A stretch of DNA of 61,464 nucleotides, counting the filler. It is 5 parts of 5 records of this genome, joined end to end, with 100 filler letters (N's around TTAATTAATTAA, not from the genome) between each part and the next. Parts side by side here need not be neighbours in the genome. Positions count along the whole stretch, not along the records: positions 1 to 17,086 come from SRR2962707_1647; 4 more parts are not named here. One strand, written 5' to 3'. Numbering within the stretch: the stretch's first letter is position 1; every line of letters starts with the position of its first letter. Below the pieces are notes generated by a model. That model made no database searches and was not told the origin of the DNA. It worked only from the letters and a program-made list of their open reading frames with translations. Position numbers and translations under genes: made by a program. Shown in pieces: positions 1 to 10,882 of the stretch.

Positions 1-64
1 CGATTTTTAACGTCGCTCGCGACGGCCCGCCAGGGTGCCCGCCATGAAGGACGGGTACAAAAAA
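1..64. repeat. Structured dispersed intergenic repeat, copy 1 (cut by window start)
   Basis: ATTTTTAACGTCGCTCGCGACGGCCCGCCAGGGTGCCCGCCATGAAGGACGGGTACAAAAAA aligns with 14598-14659; same hairpin series. Confidence 0.7.
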
Positions 65-296
65 TAAGCGGTGCTTTTACAATTGGGGGCGAATTTACCA
101 TCCGCAACCCCCGGGCCGCTACTTTTTTGTCCAACAATTGCCGCTATTGGACCGGTTGATGACGGTTTCCACCGTGTCGCCGCTCTGTCGAGATAAAGGC
201 GGGAAACCGGGTTCGCGCCCTCGCGCCGCCCCCCAGGAATCCGGTATCATTGCGGCTTCTTCCAATCCCCCGTCGATCCAAAGGAAAAGCCAGCCC

Positions 297-3200
297 ATGC
301 TGATCCTACCCGGTAGCCCGGCTCTCTCCGCATTTCGTAAGGAAAAATTGCTGCGCGCTTTGCCTCGGGTGGAGGCACTGTCCGCCCGTTTCGTTCATTT
401 CGTGGAAATTTCCGCGCCGTTATCCGCCCAGGAACAGGCGGTGCTCGACGGTTTGCTGAGCTATGGCCCGACGATCAGCGAGGAGCAGGTGGAAGGTCGC
501 CGGTTCCTGGTGGTGCCGCGCCCCGGCACGATCTCTCCCTGGTCTTCCAAAGCCACCGATATCTGCCATAACGCTGGCCTCGACAAGGTGTTGCGAGTGG
601 AGCGGGGCATTGAATATCGGCTGCGGGCGGACCCGGATATCGCCCGGGCGGAGCTGGTGGCGCCGCTGCATGACCGCATGGTGGAGGCGGTGCTGGATCA
701 GCCCGAGCAGGCCGAGGCGCTGTTCAGCCATCATCAGCCCAAGCCGTTGACCACGGTGGATGTGATCGGCGGCGGCCGCGACGCGCTGGCCCGGGCCAAC
801 GGCGAGCTGGGTCTGGCTCTGGCGGACGACGAGATCGATTACCTGGTGGAACGTTTCACCGCTCTGGGGCGCAACCCCAGTGACGCGGAACTGATGATGT
901 TCGCCCAGGCCAACTCCGAGCATTGCCGGCACAAAATCTTCAATGCCGACTGGACCATTGACGGCGAGGCTCAGGAACTGAGCCTGTTCGGTATGATCCG
1001 CAACACCTACAAACACGCCAGTGAAGGCGTGCTGAGCGCCTACAAGGATAACGCCGCGGTGGTGGCGGGGCCGGTGGCGGACCGTTTCTTCCCCGGTCCG
1101 GACGACGCCGAGTACCGCTACGTCAATGAGCCGGTGCATATGCTGATGAAGGTGGAGACCCATAACCACCCCACCGCCATCGCCCCCCATCCCGGGGCTT
1201 CCACCGGCGCTGGCGGCGAGATCCGTGACGAAGGCGCCACCGGTCGCGGCGCCAAGCCCAAGGCCGGCCTTACCGGGTTCTCGGTCTCCAATCTGAGCAT
1301 TCCGGATTTCGTGCAACCGTGGGAAGACCACTACGGCCGCCCCGGGCGCATTGCCTCGGCCCTGGACATCATGATCGAGGGGCCGCTGGGCGGTGCCGCC
1401 TTCAACAACGAGTTCGGCCGCCCGAATCTGTGCGGCTATTTCCGCACCCTGGAAATCGAAGCCCCGGGGATCAATGGGGATGAACGGCGCGGTTACCACA
1501 AGCCGATCATGATCGCCGGCGGCCTTGGCAATATTCGTGACGGCCACGTGCAGAAGGAAGGTATTCCGGCGGGCGCCAGAATCATCGTGCTGGGTGGCCC
1601 GGCGCTGCTGATCGGTCTCGGCGGCGGTGCCGCCAGTTCCATGGCCAGCGGCGAATCCGATGAGGCCCTGGATTTCGCCTCGGTGCAGCGCGGTAACCCG
1701 GAAATCGAGCGGCGGGTGCAGGAAGTGATCGATCGCTGCTGGGCCCTGGGTGACGACAACCCCATTGTTTCCGTCCACGACGTCGGTGCCGGCGGCCTCT
1801 CCAACGCCTTGCCGGAACTGGTCCACGATGCCGATCGTGGCGCCAACCTGGAACTGCGCCGGGTGCCCAGTGATGAGCCGGGAATGAGCCCGGTGGAAAT
1901 CTGGTGCAACGAAGCCCAGGAACGCTATGTGCTGGCGGTAATGCCGCAAGACCTGGCGCGCTTCGAGGCACTGTGCCGGCGCGAGCGTGCGCCCTTCGCG
2001 GTGCTTGGTGAAGCCACCGAGGAAGAGCACCTGAAAGTGTCCGATGAGCACTTCGGCGACGCGCCAGTGGACCTGCCCATGGACCTGCTGTTCGGCAAGC
2101 CGCCGAAGATGCAGCGTGCCTTCGATCGGGAAGACTTCCAGCGCCAGACTTTCACCACCGACGACATCGAACTGCGCGATGCGGTGGATCGGGTGCTGCG
2201 GCTGCCCACGGTGGCCTCCAAGAGCTTCCTGATTACCATCGGCGACCGGTCGGTGACCGGTCTGGTTCACCGGGACCAGATGGTGGGACCCTGGCAGGTG
2301 CCGGTGGCCGACTGCGCGGTGACCGCCACCGGTTTCAACCCCAACCAGGCCAATATCACTACCGGTGAAGCCATGGCCATGGGGGAGCGCACCCCGGTGG
2401 CGCTGGTGGACGCCGCCGCCTCCGGCCGCATGGCGGTGGCGGAAACCATTACCAATCTGGCCGGCGCCCACATCGGCGGCTTCGGGCAAATCCGCCTGTC
2501 CGCCAACTGGATGGCCGCCGCCGGTCACCCGGGCGAGGATCAGGCGCTGTTTGATACGGTCAAGGCGGTGGGCATGGAGCTGTGTCCGGAGCTGGGTATC
2601 GCCATCCCGGTGGGTAAGGACTCTCTCTCCATGCGCACAGTGTGGAATGAGCGTGGCATCGACAAGAGTGTCACCTCGCCGTTGTCGTTGATCGTCACCG
2701 CCTTCGCTCAGGTCAGTGATATCAACCTGACCGTGACCCCGCAGTTGCGTACCACCGAGGCCAGCGAACTGCTGCTGGTGGATCTTGGCCGCGGCCGTAA
2801 CCGGCTGGCCGGGTCGGCGCTGGCGCAGGTATTTGGAAAAGTCGGCGATGTGCCGCCGGATCTGGACGATGCCGCCGACCTGAAGGCCTTCTTCCAGGTG
2901 ACCCAGGCGTTGTTGGCGGAAGGCAAGCTGATGGCCTACCACGATCGCTCCGACGGTGGTTTGTTCACCACCCTGGTGGAAATGGCGTTCGCCGGCCGGG
3001 TCGGCATCGACATCGTGCTGGACGACATCGCCGGTGATGGACCGGAAGCGGTGGCGGCCCTGTTCGCCGAGGAACTGGGCGCGGTACTGCAGGTGCCGGA
3101 AGGCGAGGCGGAGGCGGTGCGTCAGCGCTACGCCGATGCTGGTCTGGCCGGCTGTGTGCACACCGTGGCGCGGCTCAACGTGGACGATGTGGTGCGGATA

Positions 3201-4190
3201 CGCCTGGGCGGCGCCATCCTGATGGAGCGGCCCCGTCGCGGTCTGCAGCGGCTCTGGTCGGAAACCAGCTATCGTATCCAGGCGTTGCGCGACAACCCGG
3301 ACTGCGCCCGCCAGGAGTTCGACGCCATCCCGGACAGCAATGATCCAGGCCTGAACGTGCGGCTCACCTTCGACATGAGCGAAAACGTAGCGGCGCCATT
3401 CATCGGCGGTACCCGGCCCAAGGTGGCGATCCTGCGCGAGCAGGGCGTCAACGGCCAAACCGAGATGGCGGCCGCTTTTGACCGTGCCGGCTTCGCCGCC
3501 GTGGACGTGCATATGAGCGACCTGCTGGCCGGTGACGTCAATCTGGACGACATGAAAGGCCTGGTGGCCTGTGGCGGTTTCTCCTATGGCGACGTGCTTG
3601 GTGCTGGTGGCGGCTGGGCCAAGACCGTGCTGTATCACAACGGCTTGCGTGACGCCTTCAACCGTTTCTTCTTCCGCGAGGACACCTTCGCTCTGGGCGT
3701 TTGCAACGGCTGTCAGATGCTGGCCCACCTCAAGGACCTGGTGCCCGGCGCGGAACATTGGCCGCGCTTCGTGCGCAATCTGAGCGAGCAGTTCGAGGCC
3801 CGCACCTCGCTGGTGGAAATCGGCGATTCCCCATCCATCTTGCTGCGCGACATGGCGGGCACCCGCCTGCCCATCGCCGTGGCCCATGGCGAAGGGCGGG
3901 TGGAGATCAGCGACGCCGACCTGGCCCGCAATGTGGAGCAGCGCCTGGTGGCCCTGCGCTACGTGGACGGCATGGGCAATGCCACCGAGCAATACCCGGC
4001 CAACCCCAACGGTTCCAGCCAGGGCGCCACCGGTTTCACCACCCGGGACGGCCGCGTGACCATTATGATGCCGCACCCGGAGCGGGTGTTCCGCGTGCTG
4101 CAGAACAGCTGGATCCCGGATGATTGGCGCCGCTTCGACAATGCCCCCTGGTTCCGGATGTTCGCCAATGCGCGCAGGTGGGTGGGATAA
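297..4190 (+). CDS. purL: Phosphoribosylformylglycinamidine synthase (large single-chain type)
   Basis: [42 protein letters not shown] and MMPHPER motifs; start moved to ATG 297 ([14 protein letters not shown]) after AAGGA. Confidence 0.98.
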   Translation: MLILPGSPALSAFRKEKLLRALPRVEALSARFVHFVEISAPLSAQEQAVLDGLLSYGPTISEEQVEGRRFLVVPRPGTISPWSSKATDICHNAGLDKVLRVERGIEYRLRADPDIARAELVAPLHDRMVEAVLDQPEQAEALFSHHQPKPLTTVDVIGGGRDALARANGELGLALADDEIDYLVERFTALGRNPSDAELMMFAQANSEHCRHKIFNADWTIDGEAQELSLFGMIRNTYKHASEGVLSAYKDNAAVVAGPVADRFFPGPDDAEYRYVNEPVHMLMKVETHNHPTAIAPHPGASTGAGGEIRDEGATGRGAKPKAGLTGFSVSNLSIPDFVQPWEDHYGRPGRIASALDIMIEGPLGGAAFNNEFGRPNLCGYFRTLEIEAPGINGDERRGYHKPIMIAGGLGNIRDGHVQKEGIPAGARIIVLGGPALLIGLGGGAASSMASGESDEALDFASVQRGNPEIERRVQEVIDRCWALGDDNPIVSVHDVGAGGLSNALPELVHDADRGANLELRRVPSDEPGMSPVEIWCNEAQERYVLAVMPQDLARFEALCRRERAPFAVLGEATEEEHLKVSDEHFGDAPVDLPMDLLFGKPPKMQRAFDREDFQRQTFTTDDIELRDAVDRVLRLPTVASKSFLITIGDRSVTGLVHRDQMVGPWQVPVADCAVTATGFNPNQANITTGEAMAMGERTPVALVDAAASGRMAVAETITNLAGAHIGGFGQIRLSANWMAAAGHPGEDQALFDTVKAVGMELCPELGIAIPVGKDSLSMRTVWNERGIDKSVTSPLSLIVTAFAQVSDINLTVTPQLRTTEASELLLVDLGRGRNRLAGSALAQVFGKVGDVPPDLDDAADLKAFFQVTQALLAEGKLMAYHDRSDGGLFTTLVEMAFAGRVGIDIVLDDIAGDGPEAVAALFAEELGAVLQVPEGEAEAVRQRYADAGLAGCVHTVARLNVDDVVRIRLGGAILMERPRRGLQRLWSETSYRIQALRDNPDCARQEFDAIPDSNDPGLNVRLTFDMSENVAAPFIGGTRPKVAILREQGVNGQTEMAAAFDRAGFAAVDVHMSDLLAGDVNLDDMKGLVACGGFSYGDVLGAGGGWAKTVLYHNGLRDAFNRFFFREDTFALGVCNGCQMLAHLKDLVPGAEHWPRFVRNLSEQFEARTSLVEIGDSPSILLRDMAGTRLPIAVAHGEGRVEISDADLARNVEQRLVALRYVDGMGNATEQYPANPNGSSQGATGFTTRDGRVTIMMPHPERVFRVLQNSWIPDDWRRFDNAPWFRMFANARRWVG

Positions 4191-4193
4191 AAA

Positions 4194-4242
4194 GCAGTTA
4201 ACAGTTGATAGTGGACAGTTAACAGCGAAAGGCAAAAGCGAA
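4194..4242. repeat. Degenerate 7-bp tandem repeat array
   Basis: GCAGTTA ACAGTTG ATAGTGG ACAGTTA ACAGCGA AAGGCAA AAGCGAA right after the purL stop. Confidence 0.7.
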
Positions 4243-4330
4243 AAACAAGAGAAAGGGCTGTGGGACGCTGGCCTGTCACCGTGTTGCGTGTAGGCGATAG
4301 ATTAAAGTAACAGGCTGATCAGACACCAAT

Positions 4331-5038
4331 ATGACGGAAGAAAAGTACCATTATTTTGACATGCCGATCGGCGAGTTGCCGGAGCCGACGCCGGTGTCGG
4401 CGCGGCGCCGGGAGTTGGCCCGGGAATTGGCGGCGATCAACGAACAGCTGGTACGCCTGGATGTGGACGAGGCGGCGCTGATGGCCGCCACCGAGCAGGC
4501 GCGGGCGTTGCGGGAAAGCCTGGAAGGGTATTCCCATCGCAGCATGCGTGACATTCTCGGGCGTTTGATCAGCGGTCAGGGCAATCGACAGGATGCCCTG
4601 GACATGGCGGATTTCGAGATTCTGTCCGGTCCCGCCAATGCCATGTCACCGCCGGTGACCTTCTGGCTTGACGGCGATGTGGTGCGTGCCCGTGCCACCT
4701 TCGGTCGCGCTTTCATGGGGCCGCCGGGCAAGGTGCATGGCGGCGTTCTGTCCCTGGCGCTGGATATGCTACTGGCCAAGACCCAGGACTTCGTCACCAG
4801 CCTGGGCATGACCGGTACGCTCAATGTGCGCTACATGGCGCCCACGCCGCTGCACCGTGAAGTGAACTTCGAGGCGCGGCTCGTGCGTCTGCAGGGTCGC
4901 AAGCTGTTTAACGAGGCACGGGTCTTCGTCGACGGCGTGCAAACCGTGGCGGCCAGCGGTATCTGGATTTCCTCCCAGGGGGATTACCGTCTCAGACCGG
5001 AATACGCGCACCTGGCAAACGACAGCGACGTGGCCTGA
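4331..5038 (+). CDS. PaaI/hotdog-fold thioesterase family protein
   Basis: GPPGKVHGGVLSLALD and TGTLNVRYMAPTPL hotdog motifs. Confidence 0.85.
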   Translation: MTEEKYHYFDMPIGELPEPTPVSARRRELARELAAINEQLVRLDVDEAALMAATEQARALRESLEGYSHRSMRDILGRLISGQGNRQDALDMADFEILSGPANAMSPPVTFWLDGDVVRARATFGRAFMGPPGKVHGGVLSLALDMLLAKTQDFVTSLGMTGTLNVRYMAPTPLHREVNFEARLVRLQGRKLFNEARVFVDGVQTVAASGIWISSQGDYRLRPEYAHLANDSDVA

Positions 5039-5058
5039 ATCGATCATCAGGAGGACCG

Positions 5059-5385
5059 ATGACGACGCTCTACAAGCTTTGCTTCTATGTTCCGGTGAGT
5101 CACGTGGAAACCGTCAAGGCGGCGGTGTTCGACGCCGGTGCCGGCCGTATTGGTGACTACGATCGTTGCAGCTTCCAGGTGCTGGGTCAGGGCCAGTTCA
5201 GACCCCTGGACGGCAGCAATCCCTATCTGGGCAGTCAGGGACAGGTGGAGACGGTGGAAGAGTACCGGGTGGAGATGATCTGCGAGGCGGATTGTCTGGA
5301 ACCGGCGGTCCGCGCCTTGCGTGACGCCCACCCCTACGAGGAGCCGGCCATCGACCTATGGCCGCTGGCGCCGCTACCGGTTTGA
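5059..5385 (+). CDS. YqfO/NIF3 PII-like insertion domain protein
   Basis: AGAGRIGDYDRCSF, GQFRPLDGSNP and AHPYEEPA motifs; AGGAGG RBS. Confidence 0.9.
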   Translation: MTTLYKLCFYVPVSHVETVKAAVFDAGAGRIGDYDRCSFQVLGQGQFRPLDGSNPYLGSQGQVETVEEYRVEMICEADCLEPAVRALRDAHPYEEPAIDLWPLAPLPV

Positions 5386-5424
5386 CGGATCGCGCTGGCC
5401 CGCTATTGGTTGCTCGATACCGGC

Positions 5425-5988
5425 CTAGATATTCTCATCCAGCGCCGGTTTGCGCTTGAGCGGTGGGATGTCCTGGGTGCGTACCGGGAAGTCGCCGGTT
5501 TTCAGATCCTGAAAATAAAACTTGAGGGTACGGCCGATGGTGGGAAAGGCCAGCTGATCCCAGGGAATTTCGTCTTCCGTGAACATTCCGGCATCGGAAC
5601 TTTCCTCGCCCACGCCATAGTCACCGTTGGCCATATTACCCAGGAAAAAGACATAGACCTGGTTGATATGGGGCAGGTTGAAAATCGTATAAATGTCCCC
5701 AACCTCTACCGTGGCGCAGCCTTCTTCCCAGGTTTCCCGGGCGGCGCCTTCCTGCAGGGTTTCCCCGTTTTCCATGAAGCCGGCGGGCAGGGTCCAGTAG
5801 CCCTTGCGGGGCTCGATGGAACGTTTGCAGAGCAAAATGCGACCTTCCCAGACCGGGATGGCGCCAACCACGATCTTCGGGTTCTGGTAATGGATGGTGC
5901 CGCAATGGTTGCACCAATAGCGGGGCCGGTTGTCTCCTTCGGGAACCGAATACAACACTTCCTGCCCGCAATGGCTGCAATACTTCAT
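5425..5988 (-). CDS. Nudix hydrolase with N-terminal zinc ribbon
   Basis: CSHC...CNHC, YQNP, Nudix box GFMENGETLQEGAARETWEE. Confidence 0.93.
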   Translation of the reverse strand: MKYCSHCGQEVLYSVPEGDNRPRYWCNHCGTIHYQNPKIVVGAIPVWEGRILLCKRSIEPRKGYWTLPAGFMENGETLQEGAARETWEEGCATVEVGDIYTIFNLPHINQVYVFFLGNMANGDYGVGEESSDAGMFTEDEIPWDQLAFPTIGRTLKFYFQDLKTGDFPVRTQDIPPLKRKPALDENI

Positions 5989-6176
5989 GATCGTTCTCGC
6001 CGTGGTGAAGTACGCCAGCCTACTGGCTCACCGGAACCCTGGCAATCCGAAAGCGGTGCCTCGCCCTTGCCCGCGGAGCGGGCGATGGTCAAACTGAGTA
6101 GTAAAGAAAAGGGGAGTAAGAGAGTGAAGCAGTGCTGCGAAGGTCCAATCAGCGGATGGCCGCGGGAGACGCGCGG

Positions 6177-6770
6177 ATGACAGACCTGGAACGCCTGCGT
6201 AGGCGGCTGCCGGATTACCGTTTGATCGAGTTGCCCCTGGATTTGCCCGAAGCGGCGGTTTTGATGCCCTTTGTCGATAAGCCGGAACCTGAACTGATTC
6301 TTACCGTTCGCTCCCGTTCCATGCCGACTCACGCTGGAGAGGTGGCCTTCCCCGGTGGTAAACGGGACCCCTCCGACCGTAATTTGATGATGACCGCGCT
6401 GCGCGAGAGTCAGGAAGAAGTGGGGTTGGCGCGGGAAGCGGTGGAAGTGCTCGGCAATCTGTCGCCGATCCCGTCCCGTTTCGGCATGAAGGTAACGCCT
6501 TTTGTTGGCGTGGTGCATGCGGATGTGGAATTGACGCCCGAGCCCGGCGAGATCGACTCGATTTTCAACGTACCGCTGCGTTTCTTTCTGGAGCAGGAGC
6601 CGGATCTGACCGCGCCGGTGGAGGTATACGGCCGCCGTCTGCGCATGCCGAACTACTATTTCGAGGATAAACGGATCTGGGGGCTGACCGCGTTCATGAT
6701 CCTGGATCTGATCAATCACGTTTACGATACCGATATCCGTTTCGATGTCAGCGACGATGGAAACGGTTAA
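6177..6770 (+). CDS. CoA pyrophosphatase (NudL-like Nudix)
   Basis: LTVRS...HAGEVAFPGG, ALRESQEEVG, IWGLTA; start taken at ATG 6177 after GGAG. Confidence 0.9.
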   Translation: MTDLERLRRRLPDYRLIELPLDLPEAAVLMPFVDKPEPELILTVRSRSMPTHAGEVAFPGGKRDPSDRNLMMTALRESQEEVGLAREAVEVLGNLSPIPSRFGMKVTPFVGVVHADVELTPEPGEIDSIFNVPLRFFLEQEPDLTAPVEVYGRRLRMPNYYFEDKRIWGLTAFMILDLINHVYDTDIRFDVSDDGNG

Positions 6771-6785
6771 GGCAAGGACAAGAAA

Positions 6786-7319
6786 ATGATCTATACGATT
6801 AACGACCGCCAGCTGGAATTCCGTGGCGAGGGCCAGTGGATTGCGCCCAACGCCACCCTGATCGGGTCCGTGGTGCTGGGTGAAAACGCCAGTGTCTGGT
6901 TTGGCGTGGTGATCCGCGCGGATAACGACGTCATCGAGATCGGCGATAACAGCAATGTGCAGGAAAACTCGGTGTTGCACGTGGATCCGGGCGTGCCGAT
7001 GAAAATCGGCAAGAACGTCACGGTCGGCCACAAAGTCATGCTGCATGGCTGCACCATCGGCGACAACACCCTGATCGGCATGAACGCGGTGGTACTGAAC
7101 GGCGCCAAGGTAGGCAGCAATTGCATTATCGGCGCCCACGCTCTGGTGCCGGAAGGCATGCAGATCCCGGACAATTCCCTGGTGATGGGCGCGCCGGCCA
7201 AGGTGGTGAAGGAAATCACCGATGGCCACAAGGCGATGATCACCATGGGCAGCCAGCACTATGTGGCCCACGCCCGTCATTTCTCGGAGCACCTGCAAGA
7301 AGATGAGCGTTTCAAATAG
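6786..7319 (+). CDS. Gamma carbonic anhydrase family (YrdA/CaiE-like) hexapeptide-repeat protein
   Basis: SNVQENSVLH, VTVGHKVMLHGC left-handed beta-helix motifs. Confidence 0.93.
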   Translation: MIYTINDRQLEFRGEGQWIAPNATLIGSVVLGENASVWFGVVIRADNDVIEIGDNSNVQENSVLHVDPGVPMKIGKNVTVGHKVMLHGCTIGDNTLIGMNAVVLNGAKVGSNCIIGAHALVPEGMQIPDNSLVMGAPAKVVKEITDGHKAMITMGSQHYVAHARHFSEHLQEDERFK

Positions 7320-7521
7320 TCCCAAGCCGGTCTCGCCGTGCGTGTCGATCTGCGCGCTGGACGGTGACGATGTCTGTGTCGGTTGCTTTCGCACCGGTCA
7401 GGAAATCAGCCACTGGGGGCGCCTCGATGCTGACCGCCAGGTGGAAGTGCTGCGCCGGTGTCAGCGGCGCATGGCCGGTGAGCTGGCGCCCTGCCTGATG
7501 GACGAAGTGGTGCCGGGATGA
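7303..7521 (+). CDS. DUF1289 small Cys-rich (predicted Fe-S) protein
   Basis: SPCVSICALD...CVGCFRT..EI..W signature; overlaps both neighbours. Confidence 0.88.
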   Translation: MSVSNSPKPVSPCVSICALDGDDVCVGCFRTGQEISHWGRLDADRQVEVLRRCQRRMAGELAPCLMDEVVPG

Positions 7522-8438
7522 GTACGGAAGGGGAGCAGGACACGCCGCCGGCGCCGCGTCTGGGACTGGCGCTGGGAAGTGGTTCGGCGCGCGGCTGGGC
7601 GCATATTGGTGTGATCCAGGCCCTGGAAGAGATGGGGGTTCGTCCGGATGTGGTGGCCGGCACCTCCATTGGCGCCCTGGTGGGCAGTGCCTACGTCAAC
7701 GGTGCGCTTGATGACCTGGCGGACTGGGTGAAGACGCTGACCACCAAGGATGTATTCGGCCTGATGGACTTCACCTTGTCCGGTGGCGTGGTCAAGGGGG
7801 AGAAACTGTTCGGTTTCTTCGAGGAGCGGCACAGCAACCCCAACATCGAGGATCTGGAGCAGCGTTTCGTTACCGTCGCCACGGATATGAAGAGCGGCCG
7901 CGAGATCTGGATCAGCAAGGGGCCGATTCTGCAGGCGGCAAGGGCGTCCTGTGCGTTGCCGGGGCTGTTCACGCCGCTCAAACACCAAGGGCGTTGGATG
8001 CTGGACGGTGGCCTGGTCAATCCGGTGCCGGTGTCCGCCGCTCGCGCCTTCGGTGCCGACGTGGTCATCGCCGTCAATCTCAATGCTCAGTTGGTGGGCG
8101 CCCACCTGTCCCGGCAGAAACCGCCGGGGGAGAATGGCGCCACCGAGGAAGAGCACAGCCTCTGGCAGAAGATGGCGAATTATTTCACCAGCGGGGACGG
8201 CCAGGCACCGGGTTTCTTTGACGTCATCGCCTCCAGCGTCAACATCATGCAGGACCGCATCACCCGCTCCCGCATGGCGGGTGACCCGCCGGAAATCACC
8301 TTGATCCCGCTATTGGAGGATTTTGCCCTGATGGACTTCCACCGTGCCAAGGAAGCCATCGACGAAGGCCGCCGCCTGGTAGAGCGCCATGCCGGCGATA
8401 TCCGGGCGTGGTTGGGGAAGACAGGTAACAGTGAATAG
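7518..8438 (+). CDS. rssA: Patatin-like phospholipase (RssA-like)
   Basis: GSGSARGWAHIG, GTSIG nucleophile elbow, DGG; MQDRITRSRMAGDPP. Confidence 0.88.
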   Translation: MSTEGEQDTPPAPRLGLALGSGSARGWAHIGVIQALEEMGVRPDVVAGTSIGALVGSAYVNGALDDLADWVKTLTTKDVFGLMDFTLSGGVVKGEKLFGFFEERHSNPNIEDLEQRFVTVATDMKSGREIWISKGPILQAARASCALPGLFTPLKHQGRWMLDGGLVNPVPVSAARAFGADVVIAVNLNAQLVGAHLSRQKPPGENGATEEEHSLWQKMANYFTSGDGQAPGFFDVIASSVNIMQDRITRSRMAGDPPEITLIPLLEDFALMDFHRAKEAIDEGRRLVERHAGDIRAWLGKTGNSE

Positions 8439-8564
8439 TTAATAGTGAACAGTGCGCAGAGGAATTTCTCCGTGAACTGAAACGAAAGAGGCCGCGTCCA
8501 AGCGTTGGGTGCGACCTCTTTCTGTGATTTTAACTTTTAACTCTTCACCTTTCACTGTTCATTG
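8421..8564. repeat. Inverted pair of 7-bp tandem arrays around a hairpin
   Basis: ACAGGTA ACAGTGA ATAGTTA ATAGTGA ACAGTGC (8421-8455) and TTAACTT TTAACTC TTCACCT TTCACTG TTCATTG (8530-8564). Confidence 0.7.
8484..8522. terminator. Probable bidirectional hairpin between convergent genes
   Basis: GAAAGAGG-C-CGCGTCCAA-GCG-TTGGGTGCG-A-CCTCTTTC. Confidence 0.6.
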
Positions 8565-9818
8565 CTTTTTCCTGACTCTCGCCGCCTTAACCATATTGTC
8601 CTTCACCTGCAGGATCTCGATCAGGTAATCCTCCACCCGCAATGAAATATTGGCGTCGGGAATGGACTGCAGGTGTTCGAGGATCAGGCCATTGAGGGTG
8701 CGCGGCCCGACGATGGGGATGTCCCAGTGCAGCGCCCGGTTGATGTCGCGTAGGTTGGCGGAGCCGTCAATGACAAAGCTGCCGTCTTCCTGCGGCAGGA
8801 TGTCCGGATTGGTGGTGGCGGCCTGATCGGAAGTGAACTCGCCAACGATCTCTTCAAGAATATCTTCCAGGGTCACCAGGCCCATCACGTCGCCATATTC
8901 GTCCACCACGATGCCGATACGGCGTTTGGCATTCTGGAACTGGATGAGCTGGCGATTCAGCGAAGTGCCTTCGGGAACGAAATAGGGTTCCACCGTGTAC
9001 TGCATCAGCTCCGCTTTATTGATTTCTTCCTTGAGCAGCAGGCGGCTGAGCTTGCGCAGGTGCAGGACGCCCAACATGTTGTTGGGGTCGCCGCGGTAGA
9101 CCGGCAGCCGGGTATGCTGGCTGGTGCGCAGAGTGTTGAGGATGTCGTTCATGTCATCATCCAGATCGACACCGATCATCTCGTTGCGCGGAATCATGAT
9201 GTCCTCGACGGTGACGCTTTCCAGGTCGAGGATGTTCAGCAGCATCTTCTGGTGCTTTTCCGGAATCAGGCCGCCGGCCTCGTTGACCACGGTGCGCAGT
9301 TCCTCGGGGCTGAGGTGGTCTTCCTCGGCGCTGTCGGTGCGCACGCCGAACAGGCGCAGGAACAGGCCGCTGATACCGTTGACCAGCCACACCAGCGGCG
9401 CCAGCAGCCATTGCAGTGGCTGCAGCATGAGGCTGGCGGGGAACGCCACCCGTTCCGGTTTCATGGCCGCGTAGGTCTTCGGTGTGATCTCGGCGAACAC
9501 CAGCATGATCAGGGTGATGACCACCGGCGCCACCGCCGCGCCGGAGTCGCCCAGCCAGCGGATCGCCAGGATTGCCGCCACCGTGGCGGCGAAGTTATTG
9601 ACGAAGTTGTTGCCGATCAGGATCACCGACAACAGCCGGTCGGTACGCCGCAGCAGTTTTTCCACCCGGCCGGCGCCGCTGTGGCCTTGCCGGGAAAGGT
9701 GACGCAGCCGGTAGCGGTTAATCGCCACCATGCCGGTTTCACTGCTGGAGAAGAAAGCGGAAAAGAGGATCAGAATGATCAGGGTGATCAATAACCACCC
9801 ATCCGGGATGCTGGCCAA
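8559..9818 (-). CDS. HlyC/CorC (CNNM/DUF21 + CBS) transporter, YfjD-like
   Basis: SAFFSSSETG, ILIGNN, EITPK, HTRLPVY, VVDEYG...TLEDILEEIVG; TTG start. Confidence 0.93.
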   Translation of the reverse strand: MASIPDGWLLITLIILILFSAFFSSSETGMVAINRYRLRHLSRQGHSGAGRVEKLLRRTDRLLSVILIGNNFVNNFAATVAAILAIRWLGDSGAAVAPVVITLIMLVFAEITPKTYAAMKPERVAFPASLMLQPLQWLLAPLVWLVNGISGLFLRLFGVRTDSAEEDHLSPEELRTVVNEAGGLIPEKHQKMLLNILDLESVTVEDIMIPRNEMIGVDLDDDMNDILNTLRTSQHTRLPVYRGDPNNMLGVLHLRKLSRLLLKEEINKAELMQYTVEPYFVPEGTSLNRQLIQFQNAKRRIGIVVDEYGDVMGLVTLEDILEEIVGEFTSDQAATTNPDILPQEDGSFVIDGSANLRDINRALHWDIPIVGPRTLNGLILEHLQSIPDANISLRVEDYLIEILQVKDNMVKAARVRKKQ

Positions 9819-9917
9819 GAGACGGTCGTTTGGTTGCTGTTTGGCTCGCTATTGTTCGGTGCCGGGTTCCGGGGTGTCAAGCACTAGGGTGAACAGGCCC
9901 TAACCGCACCGTCGTGA

Positions 9918-10718
9918 TCAGCGGCGCAGAATCACTTCCAGCACCAGTTGCGTGCCGAAAAAGGCCACCAGCAGCACGGCGAAGCCGGCCAGGGTGAAGC
10001 GCACCGCGGTCAGGCCACGCCAGCCGCGCAGATGACGGCCAGACAGCAACACCGCGAAAATCACCCAGGACACCAGGGTCAGCACGGTTTTATGGACCAG
10101 ATGCTGGGCGAACAGGTCATCCACGTAGAGGAAGCCGAACAGGATCGCCAGGGTCAGCAGGCATTCGCCCAGCCACAGGGCGTCGAACAGCATCGATTCC
10201 ATCATCTGGATCGGCGGAAACAGCCGCATCACGCCGCGGATGTGGCCGCCCTTGAGCTGGCGGTGCTGGACCCACAGCAACACCGCCTGGCAGGCGGAAA
10301 GCGCCAGCACCGCGTAAGCGACGATGGAGAGCAGCACATGCATGCCGATGCCGTGTTCCAGCGGATGGGCCACATAGCCGGTATGCAGCCACAGCGCCGC
10401 GGGAATGGTGGCGGCGGCGAACGGAAACACCAGGGCACTGACCCATTGAAACGGCCTGAGCAAGCTGGACAGCACCACCAGGGCGGCGCCCACCAGCGCC
10501 ACCGCCGAAGCCACGGGAAACAGGCCCAGCAGCAGGCCCTGCGGCGTGATCAGCTGGGCGTACAGCGTCAGCGCATGGGCGATCACCGCCAGGCCGCCGG
10601 GGATCAGAATGGTCGCTTTTGAAGGCGAGGCTTGCCCCCGGAACTGGCGGTACACCAGTATGGACGCCAACACGTACAGGGCGGTGGCGGGTAAGCCGAA
10701 GGCCAGGGCAGGAGTCAT
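9918..10718 (-). CDS. Cytochrome c assembly family (CcsA/YpjD-like) inner membrane protein
   Basis: Multiple TM helices, LFAQHLVHKTVL, GWRG motif; divergent from ffh as in many gammaproteobacteria; start uncertain (10718 or 10727). Confidence 0.88.
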   Translation of the reverse strand: MTPALAFGLPATALYVLASILVYRQFRGQASPSKATILIPGGLAVIAHALTLYAQLITPQGLLLGLFPVASAVALVGAALVVLSSLLRPFQWVSALVFPFAAATIPAALWLHTGYVAHPLEHGIGMHVLLSIVAYAVLALSACQAVLLWVQHRQLKGGHIRGVMRLFPPIQMMESMLFDALWLGECLLTLAILFGFLYVDDLFAQHLVHKTVLTLVSWVIFAVLLSGRHLRGWRGLTAVRFTLAGFAVLLVAFFGTQLVLEVILRR

Positions 10719-10791
10719 AGGTTCCATGGTGGTTTTCCGGGAAAAGCCGCCGAAGTCTGGCACAGCTGCCCCGGCTTTTGAAGCGTTCGCC

Positions 10792-10821
10792 ATGACGGCG
10801 GAGGGGTGCCTGCCCTATAAT
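10792..10821 (+). promoter_or_regulatory. Putative sigma70 promoter of ffh
   Basis: ATGACG-18 bp-TATAAT followed by GC-rich CGCGCCC discriminator. Confidence 0.55.
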
Positions 10822-10882
10822 CGCGCCCTGTCGCCGTTTTCCGGGCCGGAAGGCGGCCACCCGATTCAGGAGGTTGATGATC

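Noticed and set aside
85-121. Leftward stable-RNA-like promoter (TGGTAAATT followed by CGCCCCC on the minus strand)
   Set aside because: The -35 is poor and the target lies outside the window, so it cannot be supported.
420-4235. 1271-aa antisense ORF, and similar long antisense ORFs opposite ffh, the RND gene, glmS, ppk1 and aspS
   Set aside because: Shadow frames of high-GC coding genes; no recognisable motifs, and each mirrors a well-supported gene on the other strand.
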